A stretch of DNA of 64,000 nt from NCBI GenBank assembly GCA_963422645.2, contig CAXXVO010000014.1, positions 256,001 through 320,000 of the forward strand, read 5' to 3'. Position 1 is the stretch's first letter. Each line of letters opens with the position of its first letter. This stretch comes from Alphaproteobacteria bacterium (lineage in GTDB: Bacteria > Pseudomonadota > Alphaproteobacteria > UBA828). Positions 40,807-50,479 of the stretch are shown here, one piece after another. The notes under the pieces are model-generated. The model was not told the origin of the DNA, made no database searches, and saw only the letters and a list, made by a program, of their open reading frames with translations. The position numbers were made by a program, and so were the translations under genes.

Positions 40807-41688
40807 ATGCGCCGCACCCTCGTCCCCGCAGGCGGCGGCATCGACAGCACCGCCCTCGCCCTCCTCGTCCTGCGCGAGACCGAAGACGAGGTCGTCCTCT
40901 CCTGCTACCGCGAGCCCGCCCGCGAGCTGCCGGAGCGCATCGCCCGCGGGCAGGCCGCAAGCGAGGCCGTCGCAGACTGGCTCTCCCGCAACGTCCGGCC
41001 CGTGCGCCACGTGTCGCGCGACGCCCTGCGCCTCGACCTCGACGCCGGCGCCGAATACCCGATCAGGGACGGGAGAGGGTGGGAGGGCGTCTGCGACCCC
41101 ACATTCGGCCCCTGGGGCCTCGACCGGTACGCAACCCACGCCGACGAGGCCGAGCGCCACCGCGCCGACCGGGTGATGCTCGGCATCACCTCGTGGGACA
41201 CCGCCGACGACATGCACCGCATGTACTGGCATCCGGCCTACCGCGCGCGCACCGCCGTCCCCATGGAACTCCCCTTCTTCCCCGGCTGGGAGGACGGCGC
41301 GCAGTGGCCGCCGTCGCGGGACGACCCCTTCGGACCCGTCGCCGGGCGCTTCATGCTCCAGGCCCTGCTCCCGCCCGGGCTGGAGGCGCTCACCTGGCGA
41401 TGCACCGTCGCGGTGAGCGCGCGCGGACGCTGCCCCCGATGCCGCCTCAACGCCTTCTTCGAGCGCTTCTGCCGGGGACGCCCGGCGGACCAGGTCGCCC
41501 GCATCGACGACGCCCTCGAGCGACACCGCGGCGCAGGCCGGTGGTACGCCGACGCCGACCCCGGAAGATGGACCGGTCACGACGGATACGACGCCGCAGA
41601 ACGCGCCGTCGAAGACCCCGAATGGTGGAAGGCCGAACTCGAACGCCCGTGCCGCCCCGGCGCCCGCCCCGGTCCCGACCGCGCCTGA
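40807..41688 (+). CDS. divergent QueC-like PP-loop (adenine nucleotide alpha-hydrolase) protein
   Basis: N-terminal LVPAGGGIDST (SGGxDS-like) and TWRC...RGRCPRC Cys cluster; 293 aa. Confidence 0.65.
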   Translation: MRRTLVPAGGGIDSTALALLVLRETEDEVVLSCYREPARELPERIARGQAASEAVADWLSRNVRPVRHVSRDALRLDLDAGAEYPIRDGRGWEGVCDPTFGPWGLDRYATHADEAERHRADRVMLGITSWDTADDMHRMYWHPAYRARTAVPMELPFFPGWEDGAQWPPSRDDPFGPVAGRFMLQALLPPGLEALTWRCTVAVSARGRCPRCRLNAFFERFCRGRPADQVARIDDALERHRGAGRWYADADPGRWTGHDGYDAAERAVEDPEWWKAELERPCRPGARPGPDRA

Positions 41689-41860
41689 AACCCCCACGCA
41701 CCGCCCGTGCACGGGCCCCGAAACCCCCGCGCAGCGCTCCTTCATGGCCCATGCACAGGCCGGTTTTTCCAGCCCGGTTCAGCCCCGAAAACCAGCCGAT
41801 TTTCCAGGCCATTCGCAAAGACTTCCGGCCGCGATTCGCAAAGACTTTCGTCCGGCTACA

Positions 41861-42521
41861 GAGCGCCTTCGGCGGCGAGCTGGTGGTGCACGGCGCGGAT
41901 TTCGAGGCCGCGTACGAGCATGCCCGGGCGCTCGCGGCCGAGCGGAACCTGGTCTTGGTCCCCTCCTTCGACGAGCGCCTCGTGCGCGGCGTCGGCACCT
42001 ACGCGCTGGAGCTCTTCACCGCAGCACCCGATCTCGACGCGGTCTATGTGCCGGTCGGGCTGGGCTCCGGCATCTGCGGGCTGATGGGCGTGCGCGATGC
42101 GCTCGGGCTCAAGACCGAGATCATCGGCGTGGTCGCCGAAGGCGCCAACTGCTACGCGCTCAGCTACGAGGCGAGGCGGCCGGTCTCGATCAACCGGGCC
42201 ACAACCGTGGTGGGCGACGGCATCGCGACGCGCGTGCCCTCGCCCGAGGCCCTCGACCTCATCCTCGCCGGTTGCGCGCGCATCGTCAGCGTCTCCGACG
42301 ACGAGATGCTCGACGCCATTGCCGCCTACCACGCCGACACCCACAACCTCGCCGAGGGCGCGGGTGCCTCCCCGCTCGCGGCGCTGATGCAGGAGCGGGA
42401 CACGATGGCCGACAAGAAGGTCGGGCTGATCCTCTCGGGCGGCAACGTGGACCCCGGCGTCTATGCCCGCGCGCTCGCGCGGCTCGATGCCGGCCCCGCC
42501 GCGCAGGCGGCCGCCGAATAG
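41861..42521 (+). pseudogene. threonine/serine dehydratase (PLP fold II), 5' part missing
   Basis: SAFGGELVVHGADF, VPVGLGSG, DGIATR, LAEGAGA, LSGGNVD; the N-terminal catalytic-Lys region is replaced by the phage end. Confidence 0.9.
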
Positions 42522-42527
42522 AGGAGC

Positions 42528-43583
42528 TTAGGCCCGGGCCTGGCCCTGGACCCAGTCCATCAGGCGCCCGTAGAGCGCGCGGGCCTGGGCGGTGACGCCC
42601 TCCGGCACCGCCAGCACGAAGATTACGAGGATGACGCCCAAGATCAGGTTGACGTCGACGGTCTGCTGGGTGCCGAGCTCGATGGTGGCGAAGCCCAAGG
42701 CCATCGCGCCCACCAGCGGCCCCACCAGGGTGCCGAGCCCGCCGACCACCACCCAGATGATGATCTGCGCGCTGAAGCCCAGGTCGAACACGGTGGGGCT
42801 CACGTAGGAGTTCCAGTTGGCGTAGAGCACGCCCGCCAAACCTGCCACGGCACCGCCGATCCCGAAGACCGCCATCTTGTAGAGCCGCGTGTCGTAGCCG
42901 AGCAGCTCGGCCCGGAGCTCGTTCTCCCGCATCGCGGCGACCGCGCGGCCGAAGCTGGAGTACATGAGCAGGCGTAGCGCCACGTAAACCAGAATCAGGC
43001 AGATCCCGGTGATGACGAACATGTCCTCGGGCCAGATGATGCTCATGGGATTGCCCGGCGTGTTGATCGGGGGCAGCGCGGGCATGCCGTTGAAGCCGCC
43101 GAGATGGGCGGTGCCGATGGTGTATTCGTAACCCGCCGTGTGGCCCAGGAACTTGTAGAAGATCAGCGACACGACGAGCGTGATAACGGCGACATAGACC
43201 GTGCTGATGCGGCCGTAGAACATGAAGTAGCCGAGCAGGAGGGCGGCGCCGGCGGGCACGGCGACGCCGGCGGCGAGCGCGGCTGTGCTGCCCCCCATGT
43301 TGATGGAGACCACGGCATAGGTGTAGCCGCCGAGGCCGTAGAACGCGGCCTGGCCGAAGCTGAAGATACCGCCGTAACCCCAGACCCAGCCGAGGCTCAT
43401 GGCGAGGATGCCGTAGGCCATGAAGAGCGTGAGCTGGAGCAGGATGAAGATGTCGGAGACGAGCAGCGGCAGGATGACGAGGACCAGCGCGATGACCGCG
43501 ACGAGCGCGATCGGCCCGGTGAGCGCCGGTTGGAGGCGCCCGACCGTCAGGCCGTCGGCGGTGAGGCCTAGCTTCAGAGCCAT
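42528..43583 (-). CDS. branched-chain/urea/amide ABC permease (LivM/UrtC family)
   Basis: GYGGIFSFGQAAFYGLGGY, RENELRAELLGY, VVGGLGTLVGP. Confidence 0.9.
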   Translation of the reverse strand: MALKLGLTADGLTVGRLQPALTGPIALVAVIALVLVILPLLVSDIFILLQLTLFMAYGILAMSLGWVWGYGGIFSFGQAAFYGLGGYTYAVVSINMGGSTAALAAGVAVPAGAALLLGYFMFYGRISTVYVAVITLVVSLIFYKFLGHTAGYEYTIGTAHLGGFNGMPALPPINTPGNPMSIIWPEDMFVITGICLILVYVALRLLMYSSFGRAVAAMRENELRAELLGYDTRLYKMAVFGIGGAVAGLAGVLYANWNSYVSPTVFDLGFSAQIIIWVVVGGLGTLVGPLVGAMALGFATIELGTQQTVDVNLILGVILVIFVLAVPEGVTAQARALYGRLMDWVQGQARA

Positions 43584-44440
43584 CGGCGGAAGAAGCGCCC
43601 GGTGATGCCCTGGGGCAGCAGCCTGAGCAGGATCACGGCGGCAATCAGCAGCGCGACATCGCCCATGACCGGCGTCCAGAGAAAGGTGGTCACCTGGTTG
43701 ACGGTGCCGAAGATCGCCGACGCGGACGAGGTGCCGGTGACGATGGCCTCGCCGCCCCCGATCACGGTGATGAAGGCCTTGGCGATGAAGGCCGCGCCCA
43801 TGGTGGGCAGCAGGCCGGTCACCGGCGCGAGCGCTGCGCCTGCGAGCCCGGTCAATGCGGCGCCCACGCCAAAGGTGATGGTGTAGACCCGCTGCGGGCT
43901 GATCCCGAGAGCGGCTGCCATGTCGGCGTTCTGCATCGTGCCTCGAGCAATGAGCCCTGCGCGCGAGTAGCGCAGCACGACGAAGATCACCCCGATCACG
44001 AGCACGCCAAGGAAGATGATGAAGAGCCTGTACTGGCTCTCGACGAATTCGCCGATCTCGAAGCTGCCGAGCGGCGAAACCACGCTTTCGGTCGCATTGC
44101 CGAAGATGGTCGTAATGATGCCGATGAAGAGCAGGGAGAGCCCCCAGGTCGCAATCAGGGTGTCCATCATGCGGCCATAGAGGAAGCGGACGACGAAGCG
44201 CTCGACGATGACGCCGACGATGCCGACGAAGAGCGGCGCGATCACCAGCATCGACACCCAGAAGTTGATGCCGGCCTTGGTCGAGACGACGACCGCGTAG
44301 GCGCCGAGCATCAGGAACTCGCCGTGGGCCAGGTTGATGACCCGCATCATGCCGAAAATGACCGCCAGCCCCGCGCTGATCAGCGCGAGGCTGGCGATGG
44401 TGTAGCCGATCTGGACGGCGATGATGCCGGCGAGATCCAT
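43574..44440 (-). CDS. branched-chain/urea/amide ABC permease (LivH/UrtB family)
   Basis: GLAVIFGMMRVINLAHGEF. Confidence 0.9.
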   Translation of the reverse strand: MDLAGIIAVQIGYTIASLALISAGLAVIFGMMRVINLAHGEFLMLGAYAVVVSTKAGINFWVSMLVIAPLFVGIVGVIVERFVVRFLYGRMMDTLIATWGLSLLFIGIITTIFGNATESVVSPLGSFEIGEFVESQYRLFIIFLGVLVIGVIFVVLRYSRAGLIARGTMQNADMAAALGISPQRVYTITFGVGAALTGLAGAALAPVTGLLPTMGAAFIAKAFITVIGGGEAIVTGTSSASAIFGTVNQVTTFLWTPVMGDVALLIAAVILLRLLPQGITGRFFRRWL

Positions 44441-44463
44441 GATCGCTAACGATCAGGTTGGGG

Positions 44464-45705
44464 TCAGTCGACCTCGATCCTGTACTGGGTCGCCTGATCC
44501 GGGTTGCTGATCAGGTCACAGACCGTGGCGGTGTCGTCCGGGTGCCGGTTCTCGGCGACCTCGACGATGTCGAAATTGCCGCCCCGGACCTCGGCGATGG
44601 CGGCGCTCATGATGGTGTGGTGGGTCGGCGGATCCATCGTCACCATGCCGCCCGGCCCCTCGACCGAGATGCCGGTCTCCAGCGCCTCGATCACCGCCAT
44701 GCGGTCGATGGAGCCGGCCTGCTCGACGGCCTTCTTCCACATGTTGACTGAGTTGTAGGTGCAGATCGCGAGCGTGCCGATCTCCGCCGCGTCGGCCCCG
44801 TAGCGTCCGCGCCAGCTCTCCAGGAAGGCCGCGTTCGCCGGCGTGTCGATGCTTTGGAAGTAGTGGTAGGAGCACATGATACCCTCGGCCTCCTCGGCCG
44901 AGACGAAGGCATTCTCCCACGGGCCGAACACGGTCGAGGCGACCGGAATCTTGTCCTGCATCCCCGCCGCCGGCCACTGCCGGTAGAAGCCGATGTGGTT
45001 GCCGCCCACCAGCGCCGAGACCACCAGGTCGGGGGCGGCCTGCTGGATCTTGGTGATGGTCGACGCGAAGTCGCCGACATCGAGGGGGAAGAACTCTTCG
45101 GCGATGACCTCGCCCCCGAAGTCTTTGGCGTACTTCTTGATCCAGTCGGCGGTGATCTGCCCGTAGATGTAGTCGGCAGCGATGGTGTAGACGGTCTTGG
45201 CGCCGAACTTTTTCATCGCGTACTGCAGCAGCGGGCCGTTGATCTGGGCCGGCGTCTCCGCATTGCAGAAGACGGTCCTGTCGCACACGCCGCCCTCGTA
45301 GAAGGTGCTGTAAAAGTAGAGCTTGCGGAAACGGTCGAAGACCGGGCGGATGGATTCGCGCGATGCGCTGGTGATGCCGCCGAAGATCACGTCGACCTGG
45401 TCGCTGGTCGACAGCCGCTGCGCGTACTGCGAGTAGTTGGCCATGGTCGACTGGGCGTCGTACTCGACGAGCTCGAGCTGCTGGCCCATGACCCCGCCGG
45501 CTGCGTTGATCTCGTTCACGGCGAAGACCAGTGCGTCGGCCATCTCGTTGCCGTAGATGCCGATCGGGCCGGTGCGGTCATGCAGCCCGCCGACCCTGAT
45601 CGTGTCCGCGCGCGCGGGGCGCACGATGATGGTCGGCGCGGCGACCACCGCCGCGCCGCCGATTCCGGCCGCCTTCAGGAACGTGCGACGATTGACTTTG
45701 CTCAT
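44464..45705 (-). CDS. AmiC/UrtA-family substrate-binding protein, Tat-exported
   Basis: NRRTFLK signal, EINAAGGV, GGITSASRE, YEGG. Confidence 0.88.
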   Translation of the reverse strand: MSKVNRRTFLKAAGIGGAAVVAAPTIIVRPARADTIRVGGLHDRTGPIGIYGNEMADALVFAVNEINAAGGVMGQQLELVEYDAQSTMANYSQYAQRLSTSDQVDVIFGGITSASRESIRPVFDRFRKLYFYSTFYEGGVCDRTVFCNAETPAQINGPLLQYAMKKFGAKTVYTIAADYIYGQITADWIKKYAKDFGGEVIAEEFFPLDVGDFASTITKIQQAAPDLVVSALVGGNHIGFYRQWPAAGMQDKIPVASTVFGPWENAFVSAEEAEGIMCSYHYFQSIDTPANAAFLESWRGRYGADAAEIGTLAICTYNSVNMWKKAVEQAGSIDRMAVIEALETGISVEGPGGMVTMDPPTHHTIMSAAIAEVRGGNFDIVEVAENRHPDDTATVCDLISNPDQATQYRIEVD

Positions 45706-45901
45706 CGTTATCCTCCCAGTGTCGGTGCATCCTGCCGTCCGTGCCGGACGCGGCGCGGCCGGGCGCCGGCCTCCTTGCCCGGCGCATTGCCGATGATCGT
45801 AGCCACCTTCAACCTTGGCGACAATCGGCAGCCGATCAGAGCGCGCCAAACGGACAAATCGAACAAACGCTTGCCCAAACCCGCCGAGTCCGGAATGATC
45901 C

Positions 45902-46492
45902 ATGGCTGTGGCGGAAACCGACGGGAAGCGCAGGGACAACCGCCGGGGACGCATCCTCGACGCGGCCGCGGTGGAGTTCGCGCGCTCGGGCTACAGCGCC
46001 ACCTCGGTGCGCGATATCGCCGCCGCGGCAGGCATCCTGCCCGGCTCGATGTACTACCACTTCGCCTCCAAGGAGGACCTGCTGGCGGCGGTTCACGCGG
46101 CCGGCATCCAGCGGATCAAGGAGCGCGTGCTCGCGGCCATCGAGACGGTGAACGATCCCTGGGGCAGGCTGGAGGCCGCCTGCGCCGCCCACGTCGAGAC
46201 CTTGCACCAGAGCAAGGACTACGGCTCGGTCATCGCGACCGAGTTCCCGCGCCGGCATTCGCCGAAGCTCCGCGCGCGGATGATCGAGGAGCGCGACGAT
46301 TACGAGAACATCTTTCGCGCGCTGATCGACGACCTGCCGCTGCCCGAGGGCACGAGCCGCAAGTATTTTCGGCTCGCACTGATCGGCGCAATGGCCTGGT
46401 CGATCGCCTGGTACAAGCCGGGCGAGGATTCGGCGGAGGAGATCGCGCGCCAGATCGTCAACCTGTTCCGCCCGGTGAAGGAGAAGGGATGA
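45902..46492 (+). CDS. TetR family regulator
   Basis: GYSATSVRDIA...GSMYYHFASKEDLL. Confidence 0.92.
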   Translation: MAVAETDGKRRDNRRGRILDAAAVEFARSGYSATSVRDIAAAAGILPGSMYYHFASKEDLLAAVHAAGIQRIKERVLAAIETVNDPWGRLEAACAAHVETLHQSKDYGSVIATEFPRRHSPKLRARMIEERDDYENIFRALIDDLPLPEGTSRKYFRLALIGAMAWSIAWYKPGEDSAEEIARQIVNLFRPVKEKG

Positions 46493-47268
46493 GGCTCGAA
46501 GGCAAGGTCGCGGTGGTGACCGGTGCGGCCCGCGGCATCGGCGCCGCCTGCGCCCGGCGCTTCGCTGCCGAAGGTGCTGCGGTCGTCATCGGCGACATCC
46601 TCGAAGAGCTGGGCGAAGCGACCGCGCAGTCGATCCGCGACGCCGGCGCTACCGCCGCCTTCGTCGCCTGCGACACCGGCGAGGGCCCGCAGGCGCGCGC
46701 GCTGATCGCAGAGACGGTCTCGCGCCACGGGCGCATCGACGTGCTGGTGAACAACGCCGGCATCTTCACCATCGCGGACTTCCTCGACGTGACCGAGGAG
46801 GACTTCGACCGGGTGCTGCGCGTCAACCTTCGGGGCTACTTCCTGGTGGGTCAGGCGGCGGCGCGGGTGATGGCGGATGCAGGCTCGGGCAGCATCATCA
46901 ACATGTCGTCCGTCAATGGGGTAATGGCGATCGATTCGATCGCTGCCTATGTGGTCAGTAAGGGCGGGGTGAACCAGCTCACCTCGGTCATGTCGCTTGC
47001 GCTGGCGCCTCGCGGCGTCCGCGTGAACGCGATCGGCCCGGGCACGATCCTCACCGAGCTGTCGGGCTCGCTGCTCACCGACGAGGCGGCGCGGCGTCGG
47101 GTGCTCTCCCGCACCCCCATGGGCCGTGTCGGCCAGCCGGAGGAGATCGCCGGTATCGCGGTCTTTCTCGCGAGCGACGATTCGTCTTACGTCACAGGGC
47201 AGGTAATATACGCAGACGGCGGTCGCATGAGGCTCAACTACACCATGCCGGTGGAGGGCGACGGATAG
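46489..47268 (+). CDS. SDR family oxidoreductase
   Basis: TGAARGIG, NNAG, YVVSK; ATGA overlap with TetR gene. Confidence 0.92.
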   Translation: MRLEGKVAVVTGAARGIGAACARRFAAEGAAVVIGDILEELGEATAQSIRDAGATAAFVACDTGEGPQARALIAETVSRHGRIDVLVNNAGIFTIADFLDVTEEDFDRVLRVNLRGYFLVGQAAARVMADAGSGSIINMSSVNGVMAIDSIAAYVVSKGGVNQLTSVMSLALAPRGVRVNAIGPGTILTELSGSLLTDEAARRRVLSRTPMGRVGQPEEIAGIAVFLASDDSSYVTGQVIYADGGRMRLNYTMPVEGDG

Positions 47269-47279
47269 GGAGAGCGGCC

Positions 47280-48017
47280 ATGGCGGACGAGCGGAGAACG
47301 CTGATTCTCACCGGCGCGAGCCAGGGGATCGGTCACGCGACGGTCAAGCGCTTCAGCGCGGCCGGCTGGCGGGTCATCACAGCCTCGCGCCGGGCCTTCT
47401 CGGAGGATTGCCCGTGGGAGGCCGGACCCGAGGACCACATCCGGATCGACCTCTCTGACCCGGAGGACGTGCGTCACGGCATCGAGGAGATGCGCGCCCG
47501 CCTCAATGGCGCACCGCTGAGCGCGCTCGTCAACAACGCGGGCATCTCGCCCAAGGGCGGGGACGGCATACGGCTGGACAGCCAGAACACCGATCTCGAC
47601 GTCTGGCGCGAAGTCTTCCAGGTCAACTTTTTCGCGCCGCTGGCGCTGGCGCGCGGTCTCTTCGAGGAGCTGAAGCAAGGCCAGGGCAGCGTCGTCAACG
47701 TGACATCGATCGCGGGCGGCCGGGTCCACCGCTTCGCGGGCAGCGCTTATGCGACCTCGAAGGCGGCGCTGGCGTCGCTCACCCGCGAGATGGCGGCTGA
47801 TTTCGGCCCGCTCGGGATCCGCGTCAACGCCATCGCGCCGGGGGAGATCGACACGCCCATCCTCTCGCCCCAGGCCAACGACCTGCTGCCGGCCATTCCG
47901 ATGGCACGCCTCGGCAAGCCCTCCGAGGTGGCGTCGGCGATCTACTTCCTCTGCTCGGATACCGCCGCCTACATCACCGGCGGCGAGCTGCACGTTAACG
48001 GCGGCCAGCACGTGTAG
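47280..48017 (+). CDS. SDR family oxidoreductase
   Basis: TGASQGIG, NNAG, YATSK. Confidence 0.92.
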   Translation: MADERRTLILTGASQGIGHATVKRFSAAGWRVITASRRAFSEDCPWEAGPEDHIRIDLSDPEDVRHGIEEMRARLNGAPLSALVNNAGISPKGGDGIRLDSQNTDLDVWREVFQVNFFAPLALARGLFEELKQGQGSVVNVTSIAGGRVHRFAGSAYATSKAALASLTREMAADFGPLGIRVNAIAPGEIDTPILSPQANDLLPAIPMARLGKPSEVASAIYFLCSDTAAYITGGELHVNGGQHV

Positions 48018-48719
48018 CGGTCAAAAAGAACTGCGGCGCCTCGAAAGGCGCCGCAGCAATCGTGACAGCTTTGTCTACGCGGTCTGGAACTCGTTCCAGC
48101 GTTTCACGACGAGGATGTTCTCGTCCATGATCGAGTTCCACACGGCGACCCGGCCCATGCGGTTCGCGAACGAGCCGCCGTCGCGGACGTGGCCGGGCTG
48201 CTCCATGACGTTGCCGAAGGGATCCTTGACCTCGCCTTCCGCCGGCTTGCCCTCGTACCAGTAATCCCACTCCCAGGGCTCCATGAACCCGCGCGAGTTC
48301 TCGGGCGTGCACATGTAGTAGCCCTGCTTGGAGAAGTAGGCGCCCGCCGGGCCCGAGTGGTACCAGTTGAAGTAGTCGTAGAGGGCGCCGAGCTTCTTGC
48401 CCTCGACGTGGCGCGGGATCATCGCGCCGAGCGCCCAGGCCCGGTAGCCTTCCTTGAGGTCGAGGTAGATGCAGGGCACGCCGCGTGCGCGCACCGCCGC
48501 CACCGCCGGCGACCACATGGACTGCAGCACCACCTCGCCAGAGGTCATCAGATTGACGGAATCGTTGAAGGTGCTCCAGAAGGCGCGGAAGTGCCCGTCC
48601 TTCTTGTAACTGCCCAGGTCGTCTGATTTGTCATTTTGGGCCAGTGGATTGAGGCGTTTCTCGTTCGGAGTTGGTGGAAAGGGCTTGACGGGAATTTCGG
48701 GAAATGACTCAACAACGAC

Positions 48720-50227
48720 ATGAGCAATCCCGAGTCGCCGCGCGGCCCTTCGACGGGAGCAGCGCCCGAAACGCCCGCGCAGAAGATCGCCCGCCTGGAG
48801 GAGGAGAACGCCCGGCTTCGGGAGGAAAATGCCTGGCTTCGGCAGCAGAACGCGCGGCTGGAAGAGCAAGTCGCGCGTCTCGTCGAGCGCATCGAGGAGT
48901 TGGAGCGCCGTCTCGGCCTCAACAGCGGCAACAGCGGCAAGCCGCCTTCGAGCGATGGGCTGAGGAAGCCGAATTCGAAGCGGCGAACCCGAAGCCTGCG
49001 CGGCAAATCGGGCCGCAAGCCCGGTGGCCAGCCCGGCCACAAGGGCAAGACGCTGCGCCGCGCCGATCACCCGGATCGGGTGAAGGATCACGTCCCGGCT
49101 TCCTGCAAGGGATGCGGTTCGCCGCTTTCGGACGCGGCCAGGGCGGGAACGCCCGTCGCCCGCCAGGTGTTCGATCTGCCCGAGCCGAGCCCCCTGGAGG
49201 TGACCGAGCACCGGGCGCATGCCAAGTGCTGCGGGCATTGCGGGACGGTGACCCGGGCGGCGTTCCCCGACGGGGTGTCGGCGCCGGTGCAGTACGGCCC
49301 GCGCATTGCCGGGGTGGCGGTCTACCTTCAGCACGCTCACTTCCTGCCGGAGGATCGGCTGTCGCAGGTGATGGCCGAGCTCTTCGGCGCGCCGGTGACG
49401 GCTGCGACGTTGGCGACGATGAGCGAGAGGGCGGCCGAGCGGCTGTGCGGGACGCGGCCTTGCACATACAGGACCTGGCGGCGGGCACGGCGCGGGTGAA
49501 ACACATGGACGAGACCGGCTTGCGGATCGGCGGTCAGACGCAGTGGCTTCATGTGATCTGCACGCCGCTGCTGGCGGCGTACCGGGTCAGCGGCAAGCGC
49601 GGCGCCCTGCTCTCGGGTGTCTCCGGCATCGTCGTGCACGATCACTGGAAGCCGTACTTCGCGATGGAAGGGGTGGAGCACGGCCTGTGCAACGCCCATC
49701 ACCTGCGGGAGTTGCAGGCGCTGGTGGACATCGAAGGGGAGGCTTGGGCCCGGCGGATGCAGCAGCTCCTGCGCCGAGCCAATCGCGCCGCCCGCATCGC
49801 GCTGGACAAGGATATCGCCGTTCCGGCGAGGCTTGTGGCGCTGATCGAGCGCCGATACGACGAGATCATCGCCGATGCGCTGGCCTTTCACGAGAGCCAA
49901 CCACCGTTCTCGCCTGGCAAGAGGAAGAAGCGCCGGAAGCGAAGGATCGGTCACAATCCGGCCTTGAGGCTGCGCGACCACAAATGCGCGGTGCTCCGGT
50001 TCCTGATCGACCTCGAGGTCGGGTTCACGAACAACGAGGCCGAGCGCGACCTTCGGATGATGAAGCTGCGCCAGAAGATCTCCGGGGGCTTCCGGTCCGC
50101 GCAGGGGGCCGAGAACTTCGCCATCCTGCGCAGCGTCATCACCACCGCCAGAAAGCAGGGCTGGAATATCATCGAAGCCCTGACCAGCCCATCGGATCGG
50201 CTCATCGCCACCGTCAAGTGCGCGTAA
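48720..50227 (+). pseudogene. IS66 transposase, frameshifted near 49445
   Basis: NSGKPPSSD, GGQPGHKG, zinc ribbon; then HMDETG, CNAHHLREL, FTNNEAERDLR in another frame. Confidence 0.9.
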
Positions 50228-50271
50228 GCTCACCTGGCACGGGTTCTCCAACAGCGGAGCCATTCTCATAA

Positions 50272-50479
50272 ACGATCATGGTCGACGCCGTGCTGGACCA
50301 CCCCATAGAATGAAAATCGGTGCCCGTCGCGCGGGCGGACTTCGGGCCACATCGGGGTAGCTTACCGGTCGCAGTCCGCAAGAGGGGCATCGTGAGCTGT
50401 GAAACCCGGCGACCCCAGAGGAGCACACGGGCGTCGCGTGGGTAGCGTTGTGCCGAATCCCAGAGAATTTTCACAGCAA
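50272..50479 (+). mobile_element. non-autonomous mini-IS110 (208 bp) nested in the IS66 right end
   Basis: Both ends align with the ends of the IS110 at 61054-62821 and have the same AA core on each side. Confidence 0.75.

Larger units (their letters stand above)
39593..41860 (+). mobile_element. right-end remnant of a probable Mu-like transposable prophage
   Basis: Tail-type genes, then two 21-bp direct repeats (19/21 identical, 23-bp period) and a terminal ...CTACA joined to the middle of a host gene. Confidence 0.7.

Noticed and set aside
39547-41688. 713-aa ORF as one protein
   Set aside because: The N-terminal 420 aa are an off-frame read-through across the IS remnant and tail genes; the credible gene starts at 40807
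41811-41854. 21-bp direct repeats as mini-CRISPR or iterons
   Set aside because: Only 2 bp apart and adjacent to a terminal CA junction; better explained as transposase-binding sites
40665-42521. 618-aa ORF as a long threonine dehydratase fusion
   Set aside because: Only the part after 41860 is dehydratase; the rest is a shadow frame over phage DNA
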